A stretch of DNA of 64,000 nucleotides from Candidatus Omnitrophota bacterium (GTDB taxonomy: Bacteria > Omnitrophota > Gorgyraeia > 2-01-FULL-45-10): positions 576,911-640,910 of the forward strand of contig JBAZKH010000001.1 in assembly GCA_041650935.1 (NCBI GenBank). Reading direction: 5' to 3'. The position numbers and the translations under genes were made by a program. A model generated the notes under the pieces. It was not told where the DNA came from and ran no database searches. It saw only the letters and a program-made list of their open reading frames with translations. Position 1 is the stretch's first letter, and every line of letters begins with the position of its first letter. This document shows positions 21,765 to 33,844 of this stretch, in pieces.

Positions 21765-23639
21765 ATGATATACGACAGGTTCCAGAATGAGGCGATCGAG
21801 CATATAAAGGCGGGACACTCGGTAATAGTCTCCGCGCCGACCGGCGCGGGAAAGACCGCCATTGCCGAACATGTGCTCGAAAGCTGTATAGCGGCAAAAG
21901 AGGGCGTTATCTACACCGCGCCCATAAAGGCGCTTTCTAACCAGAAGTTCAGGGATTTTGCGGCCAGGTACGGCGATAATATAGGTATCCTTACCGGCGA
22001 CGTTTCGCTGAATGCCGAAGCGCCGGTCCTTATAATGACTACAGAGATATTCCGCAATAAGGTCCTCGACGCGCCGGACAGCTTGAAGAAATATTCCTGG
22101 ATAATATTCGACGAGGTCCATTATATCGATAATACCGAGCGCGGAACGGTCTGGGAAGAGTCCCTCATCTTCCTGCCTCCCCATATGAACATACTCTGCC
22201 TGTCCGCGACTATACCGAACATAAAGCAGTTCGCCGCCTGGATAGAATCCATACATAAGAAGACCGTAAAGGTTGTAATTGAAGATACCCGGCCGGTCCC
22301 GCTCCATTTCTTCTTCCAATGCCACGACAAGGTCGTCGATAACCTTAATAGCCTTAAGGGGGCGCGCAGTTACAAGCAGAATAGGACGCATTCGCTTATA
22401 AAATATGTCGAATCGAGGGATGGCCTGCCGGTCATCTATTTCGTATTCGGGCGAAAGCGCGCCGAATACCTTGCTTCAGAGCTCTATGACTGCCATTTTC
22501 TCGACAAGACGGAATCCGGTCGGATACTTGCCATGTACGAGAATCTTTGCCGGCGCTTCGACCTGACACATGAAAAGAGCGCGCTGGATATGGCGCCCCT
22601 TATCGAAAGGGGCGTTGCTTTCCACCATGCCGGCATGCTCCCTACTTTAAAGGAGGTTATCGAGAGACTGTTTACTAGCAGGCTCCTTAAAGTCATCTTT
22701 ACCACCGAGACGTTTGCGCTCGGCATAAATATGCCCAGCCGCTCGGTCATATTCGACGAGCTTATGAAATTTTACGGCAGTTATACGAGAGCGCTCAAGA
22801 CCCGCGATTTTTACCAGATGGCGGGCCGCGCGGGCAGGCGCGGTATCGATAAAGAAGGGTTTGTCTACAGCCGCATCAATCTTCACCGGATACGGCTTGA
22901 AGAGGTGCGGCGCGTGATTTACGGCAAGCCGGAGGATGTGAATAGCCAGTTCAACGCGTCTTATGCGACGATGCTCAACCTTTACGCGCGGTATAAAGAT
23001 GAGCTATTTAATATCTATCCGCTCTCCCTGCACTATTTCCAGACCAAACCCAGACAGCAGCGCGAAGCCCTCCGCGCAATGGAGGAAAAGTTAAAATTGC
23101 TCAAGGAGCTTGGACATATCGCCAATGGAAAACTTACCCCCAAAGGCGAGTTCGCAAAGGCGGTCTACGGTTATGAGCTTCTCCTGGCGGAGCTGTATGA
23201 CGACGGTGTCTTCGAAAATCTCGACGAGATGGGGCTCGCCATCCTGGCTGTTGCGACGGTCTTCGAACCGAGAAAGGGTCAGGTCGTGGTGGGGCTCTCT
23301 AAGCATAGCCAGTACCTGAAGTCAGTCTCCACCAGCCTTCACGAAAGTATAGTGCGTAAAGAATCGAAGCACGGGATCCACCCATATTGTAAGGCTCCGC
23401 ATTTCAATCTGGCCAAAACGATGGAAGGATGGATGCATGGAATGAAATTCGATCGGATTTTGGATCTCACCGATACGGATGAGGGCGAGGTAATACGTTA
23501 TTTTCGCATGGCGATCCAGATATTACGTGAGATAAGCGATGCGCCCATCTCCCCCGTTCTTTCCGGCAGGATAAAGACGGCGATCCGTATGATAAATCGC
23601 GATATTATTGATGCCGAGAAACAACTGCGTGAGGGTTAA
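21765..23639 (+). CDS. Ski2-like/DEAD-DEAH superfamily-2 RNA helicase
   Basis: Start taken at MIYDRFQNEAIE (Q-motif). Walker A SAPTGAGKT. DEVH box (FDEVHYID). SAT-like LSATIPN. Motif VI MAGRAGRRG. C-terminal winged-helix/DSH-like region. A TATAAT box at 21753-21758 lies 6 nt upstream of this ATG. The upstream in-frame extension to 21552 contains the palindromes and is probably not coding. Confidence 0.8.
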   Translation: MIYDRFQNEAIEHIKAGHSVIVSAPTGAGKTAIAEHVLESCIAAKEGVIYTAPIKALSNQKFRDFAARYGDNIGILTGDVSLNAEAPVLIMTTEIFRNKVLDAPDSLKKYSWIIFDEVHYIDNTERGTVWEESLIFLPPHMNILCLSATIPNIKQFAAWIESIHKKTVKVVIEDTRPVPLHFFFQCHDKVVDNLNSLKGARSYKQNRTHSLIKYVESRDGLPVIYFVFGRKRAEYLASELYDCHFLDKTESGRILAMYENLCRRFDLTHEKSALDMAPLIERGVAFHHAGMLPTLKEVIERLFTSRLLKVIFTTETFALGINMPSRSVIFDELMKFYGSYTRALKTRDFYQMAGRAGRRGIDKEGFVYSRINLHRIRLEEVRRVIYGKPEDVNSQFNASYATMLNLYARYKDELFNIYPLSLHYFQTKPRQQREALRAMEEKLKLLKELGHIANGKLTPKGEFAKAVYGYELLLAELYDDGVFENLDEMGLAILAVATVFEPRKGQVVVGLSKHSQYLKSVSTSLHESIVRKESKHGIHPYCKAPHFNLAKTMEGWMHGMKFDRILDLTDTDEGEVIRYFRMAIQILREISDAPISPVLSGRIKTAIRMINRDIIDAEKQLREG

Positions 23640-24876
23640 AATACCCCATCCTAAGTTTTGGAAACAACCTCTTCAGATAACTCAGCTCCTCTGCGATTCC
23701 CATTAATCCGGTATTCTCGAATTTGTCTATCCGTAATTTTTTGAAATACAATAGCGGATCGTAATTGAGGTTCCGCCACTGGATCATATCGACGTGAAGC
23801 CGCGCGATGAGAGCCTCGAGGCTGCGGACCTCTTCGCGGGAATCCGTAAACCCCGGCATGGTGAGGTAATTTAACGAAACGAAACCGCCTTTTGCTTTTG
23901 CCGTCCTGATGGATGCCATAACATCCTTGAATGAGTAGTTCCGCGGCAGATAATAAGCGGAATAATAGCGCTCTCTCGCGCTATTAAGGCTGACCCTCAC
24001 GGTATCGAGCCCGGCGTCGAACAATCCGGCCAGTACCTTCGGAAGGCTGCCGTTCGTATTTATGTTGATGCGTCCTTTCCGCGTAGTTTTGCGTATCATC
24101 GATATGGCCGTCTTTATTGTGTCCCCCTGAAGCAGAGGTTCACCTTCGCATCCCTGGCCGAAACTGACTATGGGATGCTTAGCCTTTTCGATGTGGAATA
24201 GCGCAATCTCGGTTATCTCTTCCGGTGTGGGAACGAATTTAATGCGCGGCTGGCTGCAACGGATCGCGCCTTTCTGATACGAGATACATCCCGCGCAAGC
24301 CGCATTACATAAAGGCGATACCGGAAGAGGCGCCTCGTACCTTTGGAGAAAGAAATTTTGGGCGTTTGGACATCCGTGCAGGATTGCGCAACCGGCAAGA
24401 TGCCGGACGAGCCGGTTCCGCGTAAAAAGTTTTTTGAATCTCTTTATATTCTTTCTGACTTTGACGGTGTCGATGAGCGTCGAATCGTGCCGGCTGTCCC
24501 TGTCTACCCTCACGGCCGTGGTGTAGAACTCTCCCTTATAAGAAGCAAGCGCGCCGTATGCAAATAGCGGCAGGGGTTTGGCGCTTGCGTCCGCTGTATA
24601 GGCGGCATTATACGTCAATGTGTATCCCGGCGCCGCGAATGCCGCTACCGCGAGAGCGCCGCGAAGGACTACGAAGCGTCCTGTCTGCGGATCGCCTCCG
24701 ACGGGCATTCTGCGGGGAAGCCTGAATAATTGGCTGCCGGCAGGCAGTTTTACCAGTTTATCCGGCTCGAGGACGAAGAATGCGCCCGCTTTCATACCTG
24801 CCGGTTCGAGAGGCGGATATCCGAATATCTTACCCGCCGAATCCGCCACCACCAGACAAGGCCGGTCATTTCTCAT
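23605..24876 (-). CDS. Radical SAM domain protein
   Basis: 423 aa. CNAACAGC (CxxxCxxC) cluster in the middle. Start overlaps the ygiQ gene. Confidence 0.65.
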   Translation of the reverse strand: MRNDRPCLVVADSAGKIFGYPPLEPAGMKAGAFFVLEPDKLVKLPAGSQLFRLPRRMPVGGDPQTGRFVVLRGALAVAAFAAPGYTLTYNAAYTADASAKPLPLFAYGALASYKGEFYTTAVRVDRDSRHDSTLIDTVKVRKNIKRFKKLFTRNRLVRHLAGCAILHGCPNAQNFFLQRYEAPLPVSPLCNAACAGCISYQKGAIRCSQPRIKFVPTPEEITEIALFHIEKAKHPIVSFGQGCEGEPLLQGDTIKTAISMIRKTTRKGRININTNGSLPKVLAGLFDAGLDTVRVSLNSARERYYSAYYLPRNYSFKDVMASIRTAKAKGGFVSLNYLTMPGFTDSREEVRSLEALIARLHVDMIQWRNLNYDPLLYFKKLRIDKFENTGLMGIAEELSYLKRLFPKLRMGYFNPHAVVSRHQ

Positions 24877-26662
24877 GCTTGCGCCTTCCTCTTAAAAATA
24901 TCCCGGCAAGATCCATCCTCCCGAGCTTCTTAAGCGCTTCTATACAATAGCGCCTGTTCGCCGGATTTGTGTATTGCATGAGAGCTCGCTGCAGTTTCCG
25001 TTCGCGCAGGCCCCTGGGGACATATATCGTTTTTCCTGTAATAGGATCCTTGCCGGTGTAATACATGCTTGCCGAGATTGTCATGGGCAGAGGTATGAAA
25101 TCCTGTATCTGTTCGGGATGTATATGCTTTTTAGCTAGCTTAAGCGAAAGGTTCAACGCGTCTTCAAGAGTGCATCCCGGATGTCCGCTTATCAGGTAAT
25201 TTACCAGAAACTGTTTCTTGCCGGCCGAGCGGTTTGCCATATCGAACTTTACCGCGAATTCCTCATACGTCCGGAAAGAGGGCTTGCCCATCAGCCTGAG
25301 AACCTCTTCCTCGGTATGCTCGGGCGCTACTTTCAAACGGCCGCTTATGTGGTAGCGGCAAAGTTCTTTTAAATACTCATTCGCTTTCTTGTCTAACAGC
25401 AGATCGTAACGCAAGCCGCTTCCTATAAAGAGATGCCTGATTTTAGGCAGCGTTCGCACCATTCCCCACATCCGGACGGTCTTTTCGTAATCTATCGTCA
25501 GGTTTTTACACTTACCGGGCATAAGGCATTGCCTGGTTGGGCACGCGCCGTTTACGTCCCATTCCCTACATTCGGCCAGGAACATATTTGCCGTCGGGCC
25601 GCCTATATCGGTAATGGTGCCTTTAAAGTCCGGGCGCCCGCTCAATGCGCGCGCTTCTTCCAGTATAGAGTCCGGGTTGCGTGACTGGACTATACGTCCC
25701 TGGTGGAGATAGAGTGAACAGAAACTGCACCCGCCGCAGCATCCCCGGTGGGATATTATGGAGAACCGGACGGACTCAAAGCCCGGCACCCCTCCGTCTT
25801 TGTCGTAACGCGGGTGCCAGCGTCTGGCGTAATCCAGGCCGTATATCTTATCGAGCTCGGGTGTTGTCAATGGCATGGCCGGAGGAAGCGCTATTACGAA
25901 TCTTTCGCCGTGGGGTTGTACCAGGCTCCGCCCGCGGCGCGGGTCGGCCTCTTTATATATTGTCCGGAAAGCCGCGTTGAATTTATCTTTATCGGAGGCG
26001 ACGTCCTCAAAAGACGGCAGTAGTATATGCTCATCTCCGGGCTCGAGGCGGGAGCGCGCGATCACGGTGCCTCTTATGCCGTCCAGGCGTTTTATATCTT
26101 CACCCGCCTTCATGCGCGCGGCAATTTCAGCAATCTGTCTCTCGCCCATCCCGTAGACCAGTATGTCCGCTTTGGAGTCGAGGAGGATAGATTTACGCAC
26201 TTTGTCGGACCAGTAATCGTAATGCGCAAAACGGCGCAGGCTCGCTTCCACGCCTCCTATCACTACCGGAACGCCCGGGAACGCCTCTCTAGCCCTGTTC
26301 GCATAGATTATAGTTGCTCTGTCAGGCCGCAGGCCGGTTATTCCGCCGGGCGAGTATTCGTCCACGCGCCGCCGGCGTCTGTTCGATGTGTAGTTAGCGA
26401 GCATGGAATCGAGATTGCCTGCGGTGATGCCGAAGAAGAGCCCGGGCCTGCCGAGTGATTTGAAATCCTTGAGGTTTTTCCAATCGGGCTGGGGAATTAT
26501 GCCGACGCGAAAACCCGACGCTTCCAGGAAGCGGCCCAAAATGGCCGCGCCATAAGACGGATGGTCGACATAAGCGTCGCCTGTAATGAGAATTATGTCC
26601 AGCTCGCGCCAACCGCGCGCATTGGCTTCTTCCGGAGTCGTGGGCAGGAACCGCTTTGTCAT
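24866..26662 (-). CDS. ygiQ: YgiQ family radical SAM protein (UPF0313)
   Basis: 598 aa. N-terminus RGWRELDIILITGDAYVDHPS. HRGCCGGCSFCS cluster. Characteristic YgiQ length. Confidence 0.85.
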   Translation of the reverse strand: MTKRFLPTTPEEANARGWRELDIILITGDAYVDHPSYGAAILGRFLEASGFRVGIIPQPDWKNLKDFKSLGRPGLFFGITAGNLDSMLANYTSNRRRRRVDEYSPGGITGLRPDRATIIYANRAREAFPGVPVVIGGVEASLRRFAHYDYWSDKVRKSILLDSKADILVYGMGERQIAEIAARMKAGEDIKRLDGIRGTVIARSRLEPGDEHILLPSFEDVASDKDKFNAAFRTIYKEADPRRGRSLVQPHGERFVIALPPAMPLTTPELDKIYGLDYARRWHPRYDKDGGVPGFESVRFSIISHRGCCGGCSFCSLYLHQGRIVQSRNPDSILEEARALSGRPDFKGTITDIGGPTANMFLAECREWDVNGACPTRQCLMPGKCKNLTIDYEKTVRMWGMVRTLPKIRHLFIGSGLRYDLLLDKKANEYLKELCRYHISGRLKVAPEHTEEEVLRLMGKPSFRTYEEFAVKFDMANRSAGKKQFLVNYLISGHPGCTLEDALNLSLKLAKKHIHPEQIQDFIPLPMTISASMYYTGKDPITGKTIYVPRGLRERKLQRALMQYTNPANRRYCIEALKKLGRMDLAGIFLRGRRKHEK

Positions 26663-27321
26663 GTTATCTCAAATATCTTTCCGCATACTTCCCTGAAATC
26701 CCGTGTCCTGCAGTCGTAGTCGGATATCCGCGACAGCTCCGCGCTCGAGGAGTTAAAGGCGATCGAGTAGCCGCAAACTTTGGCCAGCGGAATATCGCCC
26801 TCGCTGTCGCCTACGCATATCACTTCATGCGGTTTTACGCGGAAGCGTCCGAAGATCTTTTGCAGGATCCTGTGCTTTGCGCCGTGAGAGATATTTATTT
26901 TTACACCGCCCGTAAGGCGGCCGCGCCTGGACTGAAGCCGGTTTGAGAGAGCGTAATCGAATTTAAGTTCTTTCATCAGCCGATCAGGCATGAATTGAAG
27001 GCCTGTGGATACGGCGATAAGTTTAAAATGCGCCGCTTTCAGCCTGCGGATGCACGATACGGCGTTCCGCGAGTACCTGACATGGTCGAATATCCTGCGT
27101 ATCCTGCCGAGGCTCATTCCCCGCCAATGGGCGGCATCGAGTTCGCAAAATCTCCTGTAACTGATCTTGCCCGCGAAGAACTGTTCCTGGTAACGGAACG
27201 CGCGGTCCTGCCATAAACCCAGCCGCTCGTGGATATATCTCCACGAACTTATATGGGTCGTGATCGTACCGTCGATATCGAATATTATGAGTTTATATTT
27301 CGTATTAATGCGGGGTTTCAT
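26659..27321 (-). CDS. HAD-superfamily hydrolase (subfamily IB / phosphoserine-phosphatase-like)
   Basis: 220 aa. Motif I LIIFDIDGTIT. Motif III K. Motif IV VGDSEGD. Confidence 0.7.
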   Translation of the reverse strand: MKPRINTKYKLIIFDIDGTITTHISSWRYIHERLGLWQDRAFRYQEQFFAGKISYRRFCELDAAHWRGMSLGRIRRIFDHVRYSRNAVSCIRRLKAAHFKLIAVSTGLQFMPDRLMKELKFDYALSNRLQSRRGRLTGGVKINISHGAKHRILQKIFGRFRVKPHEVICVGDSEGDIPLAKVCGYSIAFNSSSAELSRISDYDCRTRDFREVCGKIFEIT

Positions 27322-27591
27322 CTAGGCAGGTAATTCGAGCGAATCGACGAGCAGGGTGGCCCTGTTATCGGAAAACTCAAGAAGCCCGTTGCCGGTCAGG
27401 ATAAAATCTACCATAGCATCTTCGTCGGAGCGCAATGTGATCTTGCCCGGGACGAGCCGCGCGATAATGGGCGCATGATGCGCCAATACGCCGAGATATC
27501 CGAGCTCCGCGGGAACGACCAGCGACAAAATCTTTTTATCATAAACGATCCTGCCGGGCAGGATCATATTCAGGTGAAATGAGCAGGTCAC
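27322..27591 (-). CDS. atpC: F-type ATP synthase epsilon subunit, short form with the beta-sandwich domain only
   Basis: 89 aa, in last position of the atp operon. LSLVVPAELGYLGVLAHHAPIIARLVPG matches the epsilon N-terminal domain. No C-terminal helical hairpin is encoded. Confidence 0.75.
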   Translation of the reverse strand: MTCSFHLNMILPGRIVYDKKILSLVVPAELGYLGVLAHHAPIIARLVPGKITLRSDEDAMVDFILTGNGLLEFSDNRATLLVDSLELPA

Positions 27592-29007
<1,416 letters not shown>

Positions 29008-29862
29008 TTAACCTTTCAGGGCCTCGGCCGACATAGCTATCTCGAGCACTTCCTTCGTGATGGCAAACTGCCGGGCCTTGTTCTTCTGGAGCGTGAGCAC
29101 TTCTATCAATTCGTCGGCGTTGTCGGTCGCCAGTTTCATCGCGAGCATCCTTGCGGAGTGCTCGGCTGTGAGCGCGTCCAGAAGTATGCCCCTTATATGG
29201 TACAAGAAATATTTCGCTATTAGTTCGCCGAGAAGCAGTGTTTTATCCGGTTCCAGGATATAGAACCTGTTCTCTTTTTTCGGATAAGCTATTGGCAGAA
29301 TCCGCTCGACCGCGGGGAGATGGCGCAGGTTCGGCTTGAAGTGAGTATATGCCGCATAGACCTCGCCGGCGCCGTTCTCGAGGAAGCTATCCTTAAGCGT
29401 CTTTGCGATATCCGCGGCTATTTCGTTCGAAAATTTCCCCCGGATACCCAGGTATGAGTTTTCGACTGCATAACCCTCTTTTTTAAAATATGAGTATACC
29501 TCTTTACCTACGGCTATGATCCTTACATTAGCCTTACCGGCCTTCTCCGCGAATTCACGCGCAAGCCGGATTATATTATGATTATAATTACTGCAAAGCC
29601 CCGCGTCGGAGGCAATTACCATCAGAGAGATCTGTTTAGTTCCGGTCTTCGTTTCCAGGAGCGGGTGGCTGACGGGCGCTGTATCGGATAAAAATTCGGA
29701 CAGGATGCGTCCCAGGTTGGCGAAGTAAGCCTTTGAAGAGACAAAATCACTCCTGGCGCGGTTTAGCTTTGCCGCAGAAACCATCTCCATCGCGTGAGTT
29801 ATCTTACGCGTGCTCTCTATTCCTTTGATCCTGTTCTTCAGCTGGCGGAAACTCTGTATCAT
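29008..29862 (-). CDS. atpG: F-type ATP synthase gamma subunit
   Basis: 284 aa. [34 protein letters not shown]-terminus. Conserved C-terminal helix. Confidence 0.9.
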   Translation of the reverse strand: MIQSFRQLKNRIKGIESTRKITHAMEMVSAAKLNRARSDFVSSKAYFANLGRILSEFLSDTAPVSHPLLETKTGTKQISLMVIASDAGLCSNYNHNIIRLAREFAEKAGKANVRIIAVGKEVYSYFKKEGYAVENSYLGIRGKFSNEIAADIAKTLKDSFLENGAGEVYAAYTHFKPNLRHLPAVERILPIAYPKKENRFYILEPDKTLLLGELIAKYFLYHIRGILLDALTAEHSARMLAMKLATDNADELIEVLTLQKNKARQFAITKEVLEIAMSAEALKG

Positions 29863-31379
29863 AATCTATGTGCCGCGTTGAACGCGGCCTTAAATGCCGC
29901 GATAGCGTCGTTTAACCTTTTCCGCATTGCGTCATCCAACGCGCCTTTTGATTCGATCTCTTTTTCGATCTCCGGTAAGTTTTTGTCCATATAACTATAA
30001 AATTCCGACTCGAATTTTAAGACGCTCGGGATCGGCAGGTCGTCGAAATAGCCGTTGGTGCCCGCGAATAGTATCATTACCTGCTTTGCCGTGGTAAGCG
30101 GCGAGTATTGCGGTTGTTTCAGTATCTCCACCATGCGGCTGCCCCTGGTAAGCTGTGCCTGGGTCGTCTTGTCGAGCTCTGTGCCGAACTGCGTGAACGT
30201 TGCCAGTTCCCTGTATTGCGCGAGGTCTATGCGCAGCCTGCCGGCAACCTGTTTCATCGCCCTGGTCTGGGCTTTGCCGCCTACTCTCGATACCGACAGC
30301 CCGACATTTATCGCCGGCCTCACTCCTGCGTAGAACAGGTCGTTCTCGAGATATATCTGCCCGTCGGTAATAGAGATGAGGTTTGTAGGTATATAGCCCG
30401 TCAGGTCCCCCGCCTGGGTCTCGATTATCGGGATCGCCGTCAGCGATCCGCCGCCCAGTTCGTCGGTAAGTTTTGCCGAACGCTCGAGGAGCCGCGAATG
30501 CAGGTAGAATATATCGCCGGGATACGCTTCCCTTCCCGGCGGCCTGCGCAGGAGCAGTGAAAGCTGCCGGTATGCCTGGGCGTGTTTTGACAGGTCGTCG
30601 TATACGATATAGGCATGTTTTCCGGAATGCATGAATTCCTCCGCCATGGCGCATCCCGCGTATGGCGCGAGGAACTGGAGCGATGCCGCCGCCCTGGACG
30701 AGGCACTTACGATAATCGTATATTCCATAGCGCCGTGCTTAGCAAGGATCTCGTTTACAGCCACTATATTCGACATCTTCTGGCCTATGGCAACGTATAT
30801 ACAATATACGCCCTTGCCTTTCTGGTTTATGATCGTGTCTATCGCTATGGCGGTCTTGCCGGTCTGCCTGTCCGCAATGATGAGCTCTCTCTGTCCGCGG
30901 CCTATCGGTATCATCGAATCTATGGCTTTGATGCCGGTCTGTAAAGGTTCTTTGACCGGCTGTCTCTGGACGATCGTGGGCGCAGGCGCCTCCACGGGCC
31001 TGTGCTTGTTTGTGGCTATCGGTCCTTTTCCGTCTATAGGGATCCCGAGAGGGTTGATAACTCTTCCCAGGAGAGCGCCGCCTACAGGTACCTGCGCGAT
31101 CTTGCCGGTCCTTTTGACTATATCGCCTTCGCGGATATTCTTTTCGGATCCCAGGATGACTATACCGACCTTATCCTCTTCCAGGTTCAGGACGATGCCC
31201 ATGATGTTTCCCGGAAACTGGACCAGTTCCCCTACCATTACGTCATCGAGACCGTATACAAGCGCTATACCGTCGCCGACCTGGAGAACGGTGCCGATAG
31301 ACTCCACCCTGAGCCGCGTTTTATATTTCTCGAGCTCCTTCTTTATAATTGCCGTTACTTCTTCGGGCCTAAGCGCCAT
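29859..31379 (-). CDS. atpA: F-type ATP synthase alpha subunit
   Basis: 506 aa. P-loop ADRQTGKT. Confidence 0.95.
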   Translation of the reverse strand: MALRPEEVTAIIKKELEKYKTRLRVESIGTVLQVGDGIALVYGLDDVMVGELVQFPGNIMGIVLNLEEDKVGIVILGSEKNIREGDIVKRTGKIAQVPVGGALLGRVINPLGIPIDGKGPIATNKHRPVEAPAPTIVQRQPVKEPLQTGIKAIDSMIPIGRGQRELIIADRQTGKTAIAIDTIINQKGKGVYCIYVAIGQKMSNIVAVNEILAKHGAMEYTIIVSASSRAAASLQFLAPYAGCAMAEEFMHSGKHAYIVYDDLSKHAQAYRQLSLLLRRPPGREAYPGDIFYLHSRLLERSAKLTDELGGGSLTAIPIIETQAGDLTGYIPTNLISITDGQIYLENDLFYAGVRPAINVGLSVSRVGGKAQTRAMKQVAGRLRIDLAQYRELATFTQFGTELDKTTQAQLTRGSRMVEILKQPQYSPLTTAKQVMILFAGTNGYFDDLPIPSVLKFESEFYSYMDKNLPEIEKEIESKGALDDAMRKRLNDAIAAFKAAFNAAHRL

Positions 31380-31923
31380 ATACCACCTTTGCAGCCAGGA
31401 GCTTTGCTCGCATATCTTCCAGGCGTTTTTTCACGGAACCATCGATCAGTATATTCTCGATCTTCGCATAAATTCCGCCGAGAAGGTCGGAATCAAGCTC
31501 TATATAGAGATGGAGCTTTTTATTAAATTTTCTTTCTATGAGTTCTTTGACAATCCTGATCATGTCGGTGTCGAGCGGGTAGCTTACTTTCAAGAGCGCG
31601 TCCACCTCGACGCCGTGCGAATACGTGACCCTGACATACTCGGCGATATCGCTGAATTTATCGAACCGGCCCTTATCGATCAGGAGCCTCAAAAAATATA
31701 TAATCTCTTTGGAAAAACCGTCCCTGATAACATTGTCGAGCACCTGGAATTTTTCGCGCTGGTCGATCCCCGGCGTCAGCAGGAAGCCGTCGAGTTCCGG
31801 ATTATCCAGCAGCATTCTCCGGATGTTCCGCAGATCCGCGACGCCTTTTTCCAGGCCGCACCCTTCTTTCACGAAAGCCATAAACGCATCGCCGTATCTC
31901 TTGGCCAGTATATCCCTGTCCAT
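31369..31923 (-). CDS. atpH: F-type ATP synthase delta (OSCP) subunit
   Basis: 184 aa. Position between atpF and atpA. OSCP-like helical N-terminus. Confidence 0.75.
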   Translation of the reverse strand: MDRDILAKRYGDAFMAFVKEGCGLEKGVADLRNIRRMLLDNPELDGFLLTPGIDQREKFQVLDNVIRDGFSKEIIYFLRLLIDKGRFDKFSDIAEYVRVTYSHGVEVDALLKVSYPLDTDMIRIVKELIERKFNKKLHLYIELDSDLLGGIYAKIENILIDGSVKKRLEDMRAKLLAAKVVYGA

Positions 31924-32417
31924 TATTTCTTCTCCATCTCTCTTATGAAGGTCTCAACGATCTTTTTGTCATCTTCGGCCGTTAACCGTTCCTGGACCAC
32001 CTTGGCGGCTATATCTACCGTGAGGTTGGCGATAGTATCTTTTAATTCTTCCTCAGCTTTGGCCACCTCTTGCTTTATGGTCTCCTGCGTCTTGGCAAGT
32101 ATCTTTTCGCCCTCATCTCTCGCGTCCTGCCTTATCGCTTCCGCCGCGCATCTGGCCTCTTCAACGGCCTCCTCTATCCTTTTGCGCGCCTCCTCCTCGA
32201 CGCCGGCCATGGCCTTTTCGTAGTCGGCTCTTAGCCTGGAGGCCTCATCCCTTGCCGCGTCGATCGCCTTAAATTCCGCGGCGATGCGTTCCTTGCGGTC
32301 GTCGAGGACCTTCAGGAAAGGCCGCCACGCAAATCGCTTCATCAGGAAGAGGAGTATCAGAAACGTTACGACCTGCGCGACTATCTCATTCGTGCTTAAT
32401 AGCTTTAACAGTTCCAT
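31923..32417 (-). CDS. atpF: F-type ATP synthase subunit b
   Basis: 164 aa. One N-terminal TM, then a long charged coiled coil (AEEARKRIEEAVEEAR...). Confidence 0.8.
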   Translation of the reverse strand: MELLKLLSTNEIVAQVVTFLILLFLMKRFAWRPFLKVLDDRKERIAAEFKAIDAARDEASRLRADYEKAMAGVEEEARKRIEEAVEEARCAAEAIRQDARDEGEKILAKTQETIKQEVAKAEEELKDTIANLTVDIAAKVVQERLTAEDDKKIVETFIREMEKK

Positions 32418-32440
32418 CGCATCTTCGTTCTAACGGTCTC

Positions 32441-32671
32441 TTATATCTTCCCGGACAGGGCGAAGACGAATACGAGAGCGTATATTGTGAGCGCTTCGAT
32501 AAAGGCACATCCCGTAGCCATGTTTATCAATATCTTTGTCGCGGCCTCAGGCTGGCGGCCCGTTGCCTCCATAGCCGAAGCGACCGCTTTCCCGAGTCCC
32601 ATTGCGGAACCGAATGCCACTATGCCAAGGCCCAGTGGAAGCCCTATTGCAAGTACCGATTTATAATCCAT
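32441..32671 (-). CDS. atpE: F-type ATP synthase subunit c
   Basis: 76 aa two-helix hairpin. GxGxGxG helix 1. RQPE loop. Carboxylate in AFIEALTIY. Confidence 0.9.
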   Translation of the reverse strand: MDYKSVLAIGLPLGLGIVAFGSAMGLGKAVASAMEATGRQPEAATKILINMATGCAFIEALTIYALVFVFALSGKI

Positions 32672-32798
32672 CTTTTTCTCCTTTGACTTTAACTACCGTT
32701 ACCGGCAAATTTCAAATGGCAAAATCCAAATAACAAATGAAATCCAAAAACCCAATGTCAAAATTTAAAAATATAATTTTGTTATTGGTATTTGATAT

Positions 32799-33587
32799 TC
32801 ATTTGACATTTGATCTTTGGCATTTGTCATTATGTTCTGACTCCTCATGCGTCAATACAAGCGTAAAATATATCGTCGTCAGCAGGCAAAAGACGAGCGT
32901 TTGCACCAGTGAAACGACTATCGCCATAAGCGAATTGAATAGAAGCAGCGGCACTGCCTTGAGCCCATAACCGGCAAATACCGCAAGGAGCATATCATCG
33001 CCCCATATATTGCTCCTGAGCCTGAGTGACAGGCTTATCGGCCTTACGAGCTCGGATACGATGTGCAGGATAAACATCATGGCCGGGATGAAGACCGAAA
33101 ACGCCAGTATGCCCCTCGGCCTGCCTAAGGCATGGTCTATATAGCCCCAGAATCCAAGCTCCTTAAAACCGACGTACTGGACGTAAAAGAATACGCATAA
33201 CGCGAGCCCCAGCGTCGTCGACCAGCTGGTGGAGGGCGATTTTATAAGCGGTATGATACCCGCAAGATTCATGCAGAGTATATATATAAAGAGCGTGCCG
33301 ATGAAAGGGACGTACTCTTTCCCCTTCGCCCCGATGATGCCGCAGACAAAATCGTTCACACCGCTTACGAATGTCTCGAAGAAACTTTGCAGGCGGCCGG
33401 GTATGGGCGCGATCCTGCGGGACGCTCTTACGGCAACCAGAGTGATCAGGGCCACGATGATGAGCGAAAATATAAGATTCTCCCATCTCATCAGGCTATC
33501 CGCGAAAGCCGTTCCCGCGAATCTCTCGGCCAGGAGCGATACGGCGTTCGGGAGCTCCGCGCTTTTACTTACGCCCGTCTCGTGCAT
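32799..33587 (-). CDS. atpB: F-type ATP synthase subunit a
   Basis: 262 aa polytopic protein. Essential Arg context LSLRLRSNIWGDDM. The track start overlaps atpI by 19 nt, so the true start may lie at an internal Met. Confidence 0.85.
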   Translation of the reverse strand: MHETGVSKSAELPNAVSLLAERFAGTAFADSLMRWENLIFSLIIVALITLVAVRASRRIAPIPGRLQSFFETFVSGVNDFVCGIIGAKGKEYVPFIGTLFIYILCMNLAGIIPLIKSPSTSWSTTLGLALCVFFYVQYVGFKELGFWGYIDHALGRPRGILAFSVFIPAMMFILHIVSELVRPISLSLRLRSNIWGDDMLLAVFAGYGLKAVPLLLFNSLMAIVVSLVQTLVFCLLTTIYFTLVLTHEESEHNDKCQRSNVK

Positions 33588-33844
33588 AGCTTGGCTATCC
33601 CCATCGTAATAAGGGCCGCCGTCAACCCCGCCAGCAGGCTTGATAGCGGAAAGGTCTTAGAAATAACTATCAGGAACCCCGCAAGATATAGAACCGGAAA
33701 TTTCAGCAATATCAGGGCCCAGAGCTTCGCCGCGTCTTTCCGTAAGACGCTTATCTTAAGTATCGTTATCGTAAAATAGAAGTTCGCCGAGGACCATGCC
33801 GCGCCGACGATAAATCCCAGCAGCCATCTAAGAAGACTCTCCAT
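33569..33844 (-). CDS. atpI: ATP synthase protein I-like small membrane protein
   Basis: 91 aa, two TMs, immediately upstream of atpB. Confidence 0.45.
   Translation of the reverse strand: MESLLRWLLGFIVGAAWSSANFYFTITILKISVLRKDAAKLWALILLKFPVLYLAGFLIVISKTFPLSSLLAGLTAALITMGIAKLCTRRA

Noticed and set aside
30631-32223. 530-aa plus-strand ORF
   Set aside because: It is antisense to atpA/atpH/atpF, whose minus-strand products have unmistakable conserved motifs. The plus-frame product is Ser/Ala/Ile-rich low complexity with no motif. It is a long antisense ORF produced by moderately GC-rich coding sequence on the opposite strand.
32672-32835. Possible CRISPR-like repeats in the AT-rich atpB-atpE spacer
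   Set aside because: Only four short (about 11 nt) imperfect copies in mixed orientation with irregular spacing, and no cas genes. Interpreted as RNA structure or translational signal instead.
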